From Kudoa neothunni (lineage: Eukaryota; Animalia; Cnidaria), in contig OZ199839.1 in assembly GCA_964304625.1 (NCBI GenBank), positions 883,616 to 947,615 on the forward strand: a stretch of 64,000 bases of DNA, written 5' to 3'. Below the pieces are notes generated by a model, which was given only the letters and a program-made list of their open reading frames with translations, made no database searches and was not told the origin of the DNA. Made by a program: the position numbers and the translations under genes. How positions within the stretch are numbered: the stretch's first letter is position 1; each line of letters opens with the position of its first letter. Below are positions 24,201 to 37,553 of the stretch, in pieces.

Positions 24201-24412
24201 CACATATTGAGAAAAGAAGAGTACGTTTACGTGTCAATCCCTCTATCTGAAACCCCAATTGTACATTAAAGTGAAGACATTTCATAATACGATTGATCAA
24301 CACACAAATTAATTAAACAACTCCATTTTTAATTTATAAATGAGTCTAAATAAAAAGAAACTCTAATAGGCCTGCGCCGATCAGTCTTTGCCTCCGGCGA
24401 AACTTGGCCGGC
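21250..24412. mobile_element. Decayed TIR DNA transposon (Merlin- or Mutator-like ends)
   Basis: GCCGGGTAAGTTTCGCCAGA (21251-21270) is inverted relative to TCCGGCGAAACTTGGCCGGC (24393-24412), 17/20; flanked by ATATTTGA / ATATTTAA, a putative 8-bp TSD. Confidence 0.6.
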
Positions 24413-24829
24413 ATATTTAAAAGTCACATAATACGCCTTGAACACTTCTCTATACTAAATTGTAATGAACATTAGACGTTTGACATTTTTAAATTATTAT
24501 ATGCGTATAAATGTAAAATTACTCTACGCCAACTCATCCTATATGGAGAGCAAACTTAATGTGCTTTATATAAAATCGGATCAAGATGGAAACAGGGTCT
24601 GTTTAGAGTATCGAAAATTTCTTTAATAATAACTGTTCCTTTCGATAGTTTTTATTATAAAAGATCCGTCGTTAATGTATGACTCAAAGAAAAATAGTAC
24701 TTTAATTCGATCGTCATTGACTACCTATGAATGGATAGCGATTACACGGGATTTGATGGTTTTCGATCTAGAACTCGATTTTTTTAAAACTGGGAGATTT
24801 CAATATTTTACAATTAGAAGAAACCAGAA

Positions 24830-25050
24830 TCATTAAACAAGAACAAAATGTGGGAAATTTCTAAGGAAACTAACAGTATTGGATAATCGGTGCGATTGGT
24901 GAAAAAAGGGAATTTCCCAATGTAAAACGGAAATGTTTTCTAACGCATCATATTAGAGTATGTTGAAGATAAATCCATAATACGTGCAGGTTGTTGATGT
25001 GGATACAATCTCTTAGAAGATTTAGACTTTACACATGGAAATGTCACCCT
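24830..25050 (+). pseudogene. Merlin/ISXO2-like (IS1595 family) transposase fragment
   Basis: Broken frames give YWIIGAI and IILEYVEDKSIIRAGC*CGYNLLEDLDFTHGNV, resembling the Merlin pattern WVFGGI...V..GSII.SDCW.GY..L...FTH..VNH. Confidence 0.5.
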
Positions 25051-25799
25051 AAAATGTTGATTTATTTTTAAAGCAGGTGTTTTCAGTAATTAAATTGAGG
25101 CTGTTAAATGTGAGTTACTGTCAAGAGAATTAACAGAAACGTAAAATTTCAAACTTATAAAATTATTTATATCAATATAATTTTTAATTAAAAAAAAACT
25201 ATGAAATGGCGGAAATAAAGAAATTTTTTAGAATTACAATAAACTTTAATTTGATTTAAAATAACCTCCAGTTTTAGATTGGTATTCTAATCAAAAAATT
25301 GAAACTTTAACATAAATTCGATTCTCATAATAAAACTATATGAAAATAATAAATATGATTAAAATAGTTTCTTTTTCATTTACTGGATAAACGTTTTCCC
25401 AACAATCGTTAAAATCACAAAAGTTCACTTCTATTTATAGAGATTAGCCTAATTAAAATAAAGGATACGCTCGTTAGAGATTTTTCTAATATTAAAAAAT
25501 TAAAAATCCATCAATATATGTTTAGAGATTGCTTTTAATGAGTATATATTACGATTGTATTTAGCGCAAAAAAACAAATATATAAAAAGGTGTAACCTCA
25601 AGTGTAGCAGCTTAATTAGTTATAAAAATTAATTGAATGTATTTCAATATAATTAATTTTTTTATCAAACAAATAACATGAGAACAACTGTTAAAATAAT
25701 ATGGGAAAATATATTTGGGTTAAAAAAATTGCTAACAATTTATCTATTTTTGTAAAATTAATTTAGAGATTTCCATGTCTCTTCTATTGTTTATTGAAC

Positions 25800-28423
25800 T
25801 TAGTCTTCACTAAAATTATATTAATCTAGATCTAGATAATTCAACTTTTACCCCTGGATTACCACCTCTGGATGAGTTGGAGATACGATTGTGTATGCAT
25901 TGAAGGATCCGTGCATTCCTTGGCAGAATGGATCATTTTCAGTGCATGGTTGATTTTTATCGTTTATGCAAGTTTGCGATTCACCATCCTCGTCGTATCT
26001 ACCCTCATTAATTGCTGTGTAACATTTGTCTATAAAAATATAATTCTATCATCATTAATGATCATTCTTTTACTTGACGTTAACGCTAAAGTGTATTTTC
26101 GGGTTTTAAGAATTTTGTTAGCACAGTTACATAAAAATTGAGCTAATGATTCATTTGGTGAGCGTGACATTACGTAAATGCCAAATATATGAGGTTTGTA
26201 ACCGGATTCCGTGAAACAACCTAGATTTTCGATTTCCTCAGGACATCCAGGAGGAGTTATATCCACTAGGTTTTAAAAATTTGAATTTTTGTAGTAAATT
26301 ACGAAAATTAATTTACATATTTTTTTTATGTCACCAGGAATAAACTGTGGCATTGCTCCCGGGCTAACTATTTTATTGGGTTAGGTTTAGTTTATAATAC
26401 ATATTATTTTTATTAGATTTACCTGTAATAGGTTGTGTGTAACCTAACTGTGAAGGTAAACCTTGGTTATTATTACCGGATATTGTGCTTGGAGTCGCTG
26501 GGTTCGACACAGGTGGCGCTCCATTATTCCCATTTTGCGTGGTTACACCACCCCCATTTTGTGGTCCTTTTGGAGCATTTGTGGCTGACGGATATGGACC
26601 AGGTACTGGATTACTTGGATTAGAAGTAGTAGCTCCGGTTGTGAGGTTTACAGGCGGCTGTTGTCCCGATGGTGATGTTTCAGGCTGAGTTGGACCGGTT
26701 GTTGTTGCTGGTTGACTAGTTGTTTCTGGGTTTTCTGGTTGAGTTGGCGTAACTGGTTCCACTGGTTGAACAGAGGTACCTGGTGTCTGTGTTGTTACTG
26801 GTTCAGTTGGTGTTACTGGTTCAGTTGTTGCTCCTGGTTCGGTAGGAGTTTCTGGTTCAGTTGTTGCTCCTGGTTCGGTAGGAGTTTCTGGTTCAGTTGT
26901 TGCTCCTGGTTCGGTAGGAGTTTCTGGTTCAGTTGTTGCTCCTGGTTCAGTAGGAGTTTCTGGTACATTTGGCGCTACTGGTGCAGTAGGAGTTTCTGGT
27001 TCAGTTGTTGCTCCTGGTTCAGTAGGAGTTTCTGGTACATTTGGCGCTACTGGTGCAGTAGGAGTTTCTGGTTCAGTTGTTGCTCCTGGTTCAGTAGGAG
27101 TTTCTGGTTCAGTTGTTGCTACTGGTGCGGTAGGAGTTTCTGGTACATTTGGCGCTACTGTTGCAGTAGGAGTTTCTGGTTCAGTTGTTGCTATTGGTGC
27201 GGTAGGAGTTTCTGGTTCAGTTGTTGCTACTGGTGCGGTAGGAGTTTCTGGTACATTTGGCGCTACTGTTGCAGTAGGAGTTTCTGGTACATTTGGAGCT
27301 ACTGGTGCAGTTAGAGTTTCTGGTTCAGTAGGAGTTTCCGGTTCATTTAATGTGTCTGGTGCATTCGGTGTGCCTGGGTCGATAGGTGTTTCGGGTTCAT
27401 TTATTGCTCCCGGGCTTGTTGGTTCTGAAGTCCCCTCATCATTAAAGTAAATAGGGGCGTCAGGGGAGCTTTGAGGGTTGTCTACTATATTAGATCCTGG
27501 AGTTTCAACATTTTGAAGTTTGGACAGTAAGCTATTATTTTCAGTATCCTCTAGTGAATTACTTTTTTTTCCCTCATGGTCATTTTTCTGTCGTTTATTT
27601 CCTAAATAATTAATTTATAAATATTTTTCGTTATTATAGTTGAAATAGATGGGTGTTTAAATAAGTATTTCCTTCATTCTGTCATTTAAGATGTAAGAAT
27701 CAGACATACCTTGAGATTGATCTTTGTTTTCAATTGAGTCTGAATAGTTTCCATTTGAAAGTAGACTATTATCCGCACGTACATTTTTGAATGCCATTAT
27801 ATATGCATCCTTATCATCTTCCTCATCCTGATTATTATCATTTACTAAATTAAATAATCTAATTTACTAATATTTGTAAATTAGGATATCACTCGTTGAT
27901 TGTGTAGGTTCTTGAATCTCAGTATCTTCAAAAGATTCCCGTTTATCGAATTGTCCTATAAAGACCAATTAACATCATAAACTCACCTATAAAAATAGCA
28001 GGAAACAATTTAATTGTATTAGATCTTAGCAGAATTTATGTGTATATATTATGATATTAAAGAATAAAAAAATTGAATACCTTTTCCATCGAACCTATCA
28101 TGGTCCTGATTATTTGGCTTTAAAAGTGACTCTAATACCTTTGAAAATAATAGTTTTTCCAGAAAATAATAATTCTAAGGATACATTATTAGAATGAGGT
28201 GTGTTGATCTGATGTAAAGATTGACGATTTTTGGGTTCAGTTTTCGATAAAGCTATAAAGAGATATTGTTAACAAAAATTCTCTATTTTAATTACTTTTG
28301 TGATGATTTGGTATATATTTATCTAGACCAAAATTATAAAACGGCGTTCTTATTCCATTTACTTTCACATCCAAAGAGAAAGATTAGGACAACTTGAAGT
28401 ATATAATTTTTAATAAATATCAT
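25800..28423 (-). CDS. Secreted mucin-like repeat protein with C-terminal Cys-rich WSC-like domain, copy 2
   Basis: ATG 28423, signal peptide MIFIKNYILQVVLIFLFGCE; short GT-AG introns; long exon from 27601 open through the repeats; domain LGCFTE...FLCNCANK...KCYTAINEGRYDEDGESQTC...PC...FCQG...FNAYTI; probable stop TAA 25800-25802. Confidence 0.78.
26795..27330 (-). repeat. Coding tandem repeat, 36-bp unit (ETPTEPGATTEP / ETPTAPVAPNVP), about 14 copies
   Basis: Plus-strand GGTTCAGTTGTTGCTCCTGGTTCGGTAGGAGTTTCT and variants repeated in tandem. Confidence 0.9.
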
Positions 28424-30089
28424 TATTAGTGTTGTGCAAATGTTTTCTTCGAAAACGTAACATTGTAGCATCTATTAGAATAATGTGTGAATATAAAGCA
28501 TTGATAAAACTAAAAGTGTAAGATTATCTAATTTGTTTACTTAAGGTGCCATTAGATAAAGAAATCGTAATTTAATTATTTATTTTGAACTTTATAAATA
28601 TTTTGTTTTTCTCTAACTCTATATTTCAAATTTAATTCGCACAAAATACCTATATAATTAAGAATCTTTCTATATTTTTTATTTAAATTTTTTAATCAAT
28701 TTAATACTTATACGTTACTAATAGAAATTAGAGTAAGTCATTGTTCACTTTATAGTCAATGATATGTGTTGCAAAAATGCGTGTATTTCTATGTATGAAT
28801 GCATATTGGTCGTATTTTACATTACCTGAAAATTATGTACGATAACAATTTTGAAATGTTTGATTAACACGGTATGACTGTTGATAGTATTAAATCAATA
28901 ATAGTATTTAATATAACTTTTTTTATTTGATTATTTCGAATATAAATGATTTCATTCAAGTTTATTTTCAATTTTCGATACGTATGATTTTATTAAAGTA
29001 ATATTCAAATTGACTTCTATAAACATTATATTTATTAAATAATAACCTTAATATTTTTATCGATTCGACAAATTAAATCTTCGTTTAATGCATACAAATT
29101 TTAGGAGTAAATACTAATATTATCTTTTTTTATTTTAAATTCTGTTTGCATCATGAATAATATGTTTGTAATAAACGATTCAATATGCTCACAACTGATT
29201 ACTTCATAGTTCAAAATATATTTTGAAATAACGTTTAAATTTTCTAATAATGCGCAATAATGTTTACTAAGTAATTACGTAATCGTGCCATGTTAAATAA
29301 TCTAATGTGTTGTGGTTCAATATTGTAAATGTTTCAATGTTGCATGGTATAATCTGAATAGGATACATCATTAAAAATATAAATATTAATGTCGTACAAA
29401 AAAAATTGTGTTATTCTTTAATGTGTACAGATTTTCTTTAAAACCCCTTCATTTTACAAAAATGAAAACCCCCTCAGGAACCCAAGGTGACCATAAAAAT
29501 CCCAAAAAACTTCTGGAAAACCCCAAAACTCTGACAGCCCTGCCCTAAGGTAACTTTTACGCAAGCGCAGTGACCTTTTTAATCCCAACGACTCTTATTC
29601 ACAAATTGTATACAGAATTAGTTGTTTAGAATCAGTTATATTTTATTATTTCCGCTCGCTTCGCCCTTTGAGACAAAAATAATTAAATGAAATAAAACTT
29701 AGTAATATCTGATTATTATTTACCACGCAAGTAGTTATTTTCGGTTTTTAATCCGAAATTAAACAATAAACATACGAATTCACTCGAAAATTTAAAATTA
29801 AAGGTAATTTATTTAATCCATAATGAGCGCCATTAAGATTACAATAAAAATGAGGTTATATCTGAGTAAAACTTTAATATTTCACTTTAAAATGCATAAC
29901 TATAAAAATAAAAGGAATTCATTTACTAATTGCTTAATTGATATATTTATTTATTATATCAATAAAAAAAGACAACATTATTATATTAACTTGGTATTTA
30001 TTACGATTATGTCTAATAATAATAATAATAATAACAACAGTTTCTCATTTCAATAATATAATTATTTTCCCATCCCAAATATAATAACG

Positions 30090-30124
30090 TATTCCCTCGT
30101 AATGCATTTCATTACGAGGGAATA
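30090..30124. repeat. Perfect 15-bp inverted repeat with 5-nt loop
   Basis: TATTCCCTCGTAATG-CATTT-CATTACGAGGGAATA. Confidence 0.85.
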
Positions 30125-30313
30125 TTACAATTTTGGAATATATTCTATAAATTCTCCCTAATCTAAAATCAAGAATATAAATTTAACAAAAAATAAAGAT
30201 TAAAAAACAACAGAAGAGCTATTTAATATGGACCTTAGGAGAATTAACGAATTTTTATTTTCTTTTCGATAATCTCCGAACTATTGTGACGTGTGTAATT
30301 GTTGGATTAGGTC

Positions 30314-33300
30314 ATGTATGTTTCTTTGATATTTCTACTGGTCTTAATTAATGTGAGCCAACTCATATAAACAAATTTTAAATTGTTTAACACAGACATG
30401 TCATTTGTCTGAACCACCTCAATATGATAATGTGTTTCATTTTGTGGACACATTTGATGTCGACGGTGGTGGTGACTCATTATTGAAAAAGTATTTCTAA
30501 CAGTTTCTTCGTCCTTAAATTATAGCATGTATCATATATAGATGGCATCATTCAACTGAAAAGAATAAAGCCGATAATAAAAATCAAGAAGGTTCCCCTC
30601 TATATGAAGGTAGGAATTCGTCAACTGTGAAAGTGATATGCCACATCAGCTATCACTTTCATTTCAATTAAGTTCAATGGAATGTTTGGCTGAGGAAATA
30701 TTTTTTTAGGAAAATTCATCATTGGCCCCGAAAAGGATAATTCCACCAACAACGCTCTTCTTATGAATGTGATTATGTGTGTATAGAGGAGTTGGTGAAT
30801 AATCGTTGCTATAGAACTCAAACAACTTTAAAAAATTTGGAATATTCCGCATGTTTGATTCGCCATTTTATTTCCGAGACAATTTTATTCTTCAGTAATG
30901 ATTCATTATATATGTTCTCAACACATTTTTATTTAACGTAAGGTATGAGTTGTCGTTTCAAAATGACCACCAATGTGGAGGCGCCTATCTGAAGTTAATC
31001 TCAAAAAATTCGGGCTTATCCGATAGTAACGTATGATTGCTTCTAGTGTGTATGGATTTTGTTACAAGCTTTAAATTAATAGACGGATCTAAATTCTGAT
31101 ACACCGTACACCATCATGTTTGGACCAGATGTTTGTCAAAATAACTACAAAGTATGTATTATGAATGTTGGGATGCGAATTTTGGTTCATTTTCAATTAA
31201 AATGGAGAGTTTATATTATATATCTTAAGTCTGTGTTAATCCGGTTATTTAATCTTTTATTTATTTTCATTGATAAAATTTTTCACTCAATTTGAGCTAT
31301 TCATAATTACCATTCTATATGGTCTAAATATTTTTGAACAAAAGATAATCTACAATTAATTGATTAACTAATTAGTTACTTAACGAAAATAACATTTAGG
31401 TATATTGATATGTAGTGGCCAAAATTTTTAAAATTAGTTCTTGTTAAAAATTTTATATTGAATTATTAAAAAATCAAAGATTGATCAGTCACAATATCAA
31501 AAAGGTCTGATTAGCATGACATCTAATCCTTAATATTGATATTAGCTGTCTTTATGCTTTCGTGAATAATCGTTTGAGAAATAAATTATTGCTCTATTAG
31601 TTTTGAACAATGAATCTCATTAACAAATTTAGAACAATTTTTACTGTAATTGTTAAAGTCAATTATTTAAGTTTTAATTAAAGTGATTAATTATAATTGA
31701 ATATAATTATAAACAATGTTTCATAATAAAAAAATTCTATCTAATATTTATCGGAATATAATAATAATATTTTGTTGCTTTGTTTATTTGGAAATATTCA
31801 ATTGATGTTGTTTCATTTTTTGGCCGAGTTAACTTATAACTGTTACTCATTGGACCTTAGGTTCCCCACGAATTTATTTTGTAGGATTAATAGGACCTTC
31901 TAGTGATTTTTTAATTTGAATATGCCTTAATATACGATTAATGTTATTATATGTCGATACGTACAATGTGCCAATTTTTCTAGTTGAATTGGCATCAGTC
32001 ATCATTAGATATATAAGCTCTTGTTTTTTGTGGGTTGGTTGATAAATTATTTTCAGTTGGTCAGTAATTGTAAATAATAATTAGCAGTGATAATTAACAG
32101 TGATAATTAGAACGGTACTGCTGCCTGCTGTAGCTAAAATTTTTAACAATCATTATCTGAAAAATTTCCCGCCATCTTTATTTGTAGGAGTTTTTGATTA
32201 TATTTATTTTTGTGGTACATGGAAATAATAATTATTAACAAAAGTACCTTTTCTAATGATATTATTAAACTTATTTGAGTCATAATCTATAATGATATTT
32301 TCGAGATTCAATAACCTGAATAAAATACAACACATTTCTAGTAATAGTCTCCTCAAATTCAGTCATTGTTGATGCAAACATAATTGTAAAAATTTCTGTT
32401 TGTTTTAATATTGGTGAATATGAATTGACATTTTGATTTTTTGCCATTCTAATAAAATATTCTGTGCATTTCGACGAATAATATTAATAAGGATAGGTGA
32501 TAATGATAAGAGATCGTCTATATGATCTTTTTCGACCGAGAATGTCATATTGAAGGTTCTATCAGTTTGATAGACAAGTCATTCCTTATGATTAGTACAT
32601 ATTGACATTGTAAGTTGATAACTCTAATAAAACTTACAAGAACGGAAATGTATGGACGTATTGTGTAGGTTATTTCAATTTCCCATAGATTTTTCAGATG
32701 ATAATTAATGGTTGACTAATTTGTTTAAACAAATTTTTTTCGGGAGATTTGAGTAATTATTTAATTTAATTATAACTTATAATTAATTATTTTGATTATA
32801 TTTAATGAGGTTTCAATGAACATAAATATATATTAAATATCTGAATAAAAAACTTTTTTGAAAATAAATTAAATTTTTGAAATGTGGATGAAAACTGAGA
32901 CAATGATATAGAAATAATAATTATCTTGACAATAACCAATATCTAATTTTACTCGTTGAAATTAAAAATTACAGGAGAAAATTACTTTGTAGAGATTTTT
33001 TTCATAAAATATGCAGATTATGAATTAAACGTAACTTTTCGGCCCCTACCTTAATGTATTAACTATTTTTTTTTGCTTGTATCATTCATAACATTAAAAA
33101 TCATAAAAATAAAATTTGTTTATTCCAATTATTCATTAGTTTTGAAATTTAAACTTCAACATTAGTTAATTTTGGCTATTTTAATCTCACATTTATTCCT
33201 TCTTTTTAGAACACATAAAAAAGATGAACGAATTAATTTCTTTCTTTAATGCTATTTTGGCCATATTTCGACGAATTAACCTATAAAGGGACACAGTTTT

Positions 33301-35717
33301 GTTGCTGTTTTATGATTTAGTAAATTATATAAGAACGGACGACACATCTAACATACTGCAAAAATTAATAATATAGTTCCCATTTAATTGATTTGTGATT
33401 TTTCTCTCGTTTTTCTTAAAAATATAAAATGAAACAACATTTGATTAGTTTAAAAAACTGGGGTTCTTTTATAAAATACATCCGATACAGTGCCTATCAT
33501 TACTATTTGCAATATTGAATTTAGTAACGAAATAATTGAGGTGACAGAAGAAGATTCTATTGTACCTATTTCAGGTCGTAATAGACCTTCTAAGCTAACG
33601 GGTGTATTTACAGATTAGAGAATCACAACGGTGAAAATAAACCTATATTTAAATGTATTGGTTTTCCTAAGAAAGTGTTAAGCTTCATACTTGCATTTCA
33701 TAATAAGAATAATATAGAGATTGGCTGGTGGGAAGAATCATTTTAAATATAAAAAACAATAAATAACGTTAATATTTCAAAAATTAAAATTGTCAGAAAA
33801 TATAATAATTATGAATCTTATTAAAGGTAAAATTTAGTAGAATTTGTTTTCATTTTTGGCGCACACCGAAAATGAACATAAATTCGGTCAGTGATGCTTT
33901 TCAGTAGCTCTTCATTGGTCGCAATCGGAATACGGAAAATTTGTTACATCATGTATTTAGTATATATTTTTAAACTTTTCAATAGTTTTTGATAAATTAT
34001 AATTTATAGCTTCCAATAGAGAATCCATTGCAATATGGAATTCTAATAAATTTAAGCCGTTAAAAATAGTCTTAAAATTTTTTATTATTTAGTTTTAGAT
34101 TGAAACATAAAATGCGTTTATTTCAGTTATCAGATCATTTAGAATTATTTATAAAAAATTTTCAATTACATTTTTGTATAATATCATCCTAAAAATGTTA
34201 TATAGTTCCATTTCATTTTTCGACATAAGAATCCTATCAATGGAGTACTTGAAGAGAAACATATGAAACAACCAGATCCATCCAGCTACAAACATATTTT
34301 TACTGATGGAAAAATCCATTTGCTGCGACTAATGACTTACAAATGGGCTCAGCGATTTGTGGTTGAACTGGACAACTACATTATAGCTCAAGGAAGCTTG
34401 CTGACGGATTTCGAACCATCTGTAAACCCCGGCGAATTTATCGACGACCCAAACGATATTAAACCTTCCGACTGGGACGATCGACCACAAATAACTGACC
34501 TAAATGATATCAAACCAGATGATTGGTCATTATTCATTCCATTTACTTGGATTTATTTCTAATAGGGATGAATCTCAACCCCAATACATTAAGGATTCTG
34601 ACGCTGTTATTCCTGATGATTGGCTTGAAGATGAACCACAATATGTGGATGATACCTCAGCAGAAAAACCATCAGAATGGTAAGAATCTGAAATAACGTT
34701 TGAAACGTTGTTGAGTTTAACCACAGCAAAATTCTATTATACTCTAACACCACTTAGGGATGACTTAATCGATGGGAAGTGGACTCCACCAAAAATACCG
34801 AATCCTCTTTGTACCAATAATAATTGTGGCCCTTGGACACCACCACTTATTAAAAATCCAAACTATAAGGGAAAATTCAAACCAAGAATGATACCTAATC
34901 CAAACTATAAGGTTTTACTTATAATCGCAAATCGCAAATATTTAGCCAATTGAATAAATTTTAAAGGGCAATTTTAAACCGAGAAAAATGAAAAACCCCA
35001 TATTTTTTGTTGATGAAAATCCATTTAATATGACACCTATTGTAATCTTATTTAACTATTTATATAAATTAAGATCAAATACCGTTGATTATAACAGGAA
35101 GCAATCGCCATTGAAGTGATTTCTTCACCAAATGTTGTCACTTTTGATAATATCATCATCACGAACAAAGCTGATGCTTTGATGGTGTTCAACAGTAAAC
35201 AGTATTATTTTGATAATGGGGTTAGTTTTTTTATATTGTTGTTTTAGTTGGAAAGCAAAAAACCCATTCGATGCGGTTTATTTATTGAAATTATGCATTG
35301 AAGATTGACTCTTGTTTGTAGAGAGCATTTTTAGAAAAATACAAATATCCGATCATTATTGGTGGTTTAGCGATAAGTGGTTTGGTTCTTGTGATAGCCA
35401 TATTATTTAGATACAAATCGGTATGTTTTTGTTCCAACGCATTTTTTTAGATTAAATAATCGTAGGTTGGTGATACTTCGATTGACTCTACTCCGTCGTC
35501 GGATAAATTGATGTTTGAAGAAGAAAACACTTCCAATTTGGTGGGCGATTCGGAAGATGCTGATAATGCAATTTTCCAGTTGTTACTTTATACCTATAAT
35601 GGATTGTATTAGGAACAAGCTAAACCCGAAAATGAGAAGCAGAATCATTCCAGCGAAGAAGAACCCCCAATAGCGTTGCGTCGATCAACTCGAAGAACCA
35701 AGAAAAATGACTCTTAA
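30314..35717 (+). CDS. CANX: Calnexin (multi-exon)
   Basis: Signal peptide MYVSLIFLLVLIN; QCGGAYLKLI; TPYTIMFGPDVC; FHFIFRHKNPING; P-domain repeats KPSDWDD, KPDDWDE, GKWTPPKIPNPLC, CGPWTPPLIKNPNYKG; TM PIIIGGLAISGLVLVIAILF; acidic tail ending RRSTRRTKKNDS*. Confidence 0.93.
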
Positions 35718-37553
35718 ATTTGGTGTTTTGTTATGCGAGTTGCCGCCGACAAATGTTTAGTTTAACACACATTTACTTTGTCACGAAAATCCAAATTTTA
35801 TCTTGTTTGCAAAAATTATTTACTGCTCATTTGGTCTATAATTATGATTCCATTGAAGAAGATTCGCTCTAACTAAATCCAATATATGATTTAGCTTATA
35901 AACATTTCTAACAAGTATTTAACGTAATATTTAAGATTAATCGTACGTGTACTGTTTACGAAGGAAGTTGGGTTTGCATCATATTGAGAATTTTCATTTC
36001 ACATGTTTTCCATGTTCTAACTGATTAATAATGATATAACCACCTTGTTAGATTTATTAAAACTTTAAAGTTGCGAATTAATCGAAAACATGATCGTCAT
36101 TGTGTATCTAGAAAGATGTTCCCTCTTAATTAATTTTCGATAAACTTTTCTTTTAAGTCTAGTTTTTGGGAATTAAATTATAAACAAATTTGGATTTACC
36201 AATGTTTGGTTGGGTAAGAAAAATCAATAGATAGACATGAGAACCATGAATGACATAAACGGGTGTGTACGTGTTTGGAGTGAGTTGTTATTTTACGTTT
36301 AATTTAATTTCGAAATTTGTGATTTCATCTTACTTAATCTTCTATATTTATATTCAATTTAATTTAATTAGATAAATAATGATGCAATTGAATATTATTA
36401 CAGTTGAAAAACGAAATAATGTTTTTTTTATAAAAAACGGGCTTAATAATGTTAATTTTCAATTGTACAACAAAAAAACATGATAATTAAATCCAAAAAA
36501 TGCAATTCGTTACAGTATATTACTCGTTTTTAATATTAATGATTTATAATTATAGGCCTGTTTTCAGTATTTAAAGAAAATGTTATACGCGAGAATTATT
36601 TTTTATTCAATCATTTTAATATTTTATTTTATGTAAGGTTTAACGAATTTGTTGATCCATTCGCATCTTTATATACATATCTTGCAGCTTTTAGAGAATA
36701 GACACTTTAGTTCATTATTAATCATTAAAAATTGATTTTAATTGATTCATTAAATCGAAAGAAAGTTAAATTTAATGATATTATTATTATTATTATTACT
36801 GATTGTTGGTACTTAGATTCTTCCTGGGCTCTATCGGATCACATATATTTTATTTATCATCAATTTGATCATCGATTTAGAATCTCAGAGATATATGCAT
36901 CAAAAAAGTCAATTTGTATCTAGTAATTAAGCTCACAATATTCTACATAAAATATTTAAGTGTCGTCCACATTGTTAACATTATCCACATACCGTAGTTA
37001 TATCAATAACATTAAATATAATAAAAATATTTTTTAATTTAATCGTAAATTAAAACTCTGCTCTAATTAGAAATTTATTCTGTATTTTTATTACTATCTT
37101 TTTTATATAATAAAATAGAGTTAATTTAACCCGAAAAACAATCTAATAGTAAAAGCATACATTCATGTTACCATTATAGTTTTTTGATTTACGTACATTA
37201 ACAAACAATAATAGTTTAAAATTACTGAATCTACTCAGATTAAAATAACAACATGTAATCCTGCAAGGAAACCAAAGTACTAACAAATTTGTACATGTGG
37301 ATACAATTCATAGTTAAAAAAATATTCCTGTTTTTCTTTATTGACTATTAGTTCAATTTTTTTATTTAATAAATTAACCTAGAATAATTTTTGTTAATAT
37401 AAAAATAGAAAAATGTTGACATTAACGTTTAATTTAGTTCAACTCATCTAACATAAAAATCACCAAATAATGATTATGATTATACACTTTGATTTGGAGA
37501 TATTGTTAAATTTAATGATGACTAAAATTAGTACGCAATACCCATCAAAAATC

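Noticed and set aside
26712-27314. 200-aa plus-strand Trp/Cys-rich ORF (WFSCCSWFGRSF repeats)
   Set aside because: Antisense shadow of the 36-bp coding repeat; the minus frame has the signal peptide, splice sites and a paralogue.
26795-27330. CRISPR-like array
   Set aside because: Contiguous coding repeats without unique spacers, in eukaryotic DNA with no cas genes.
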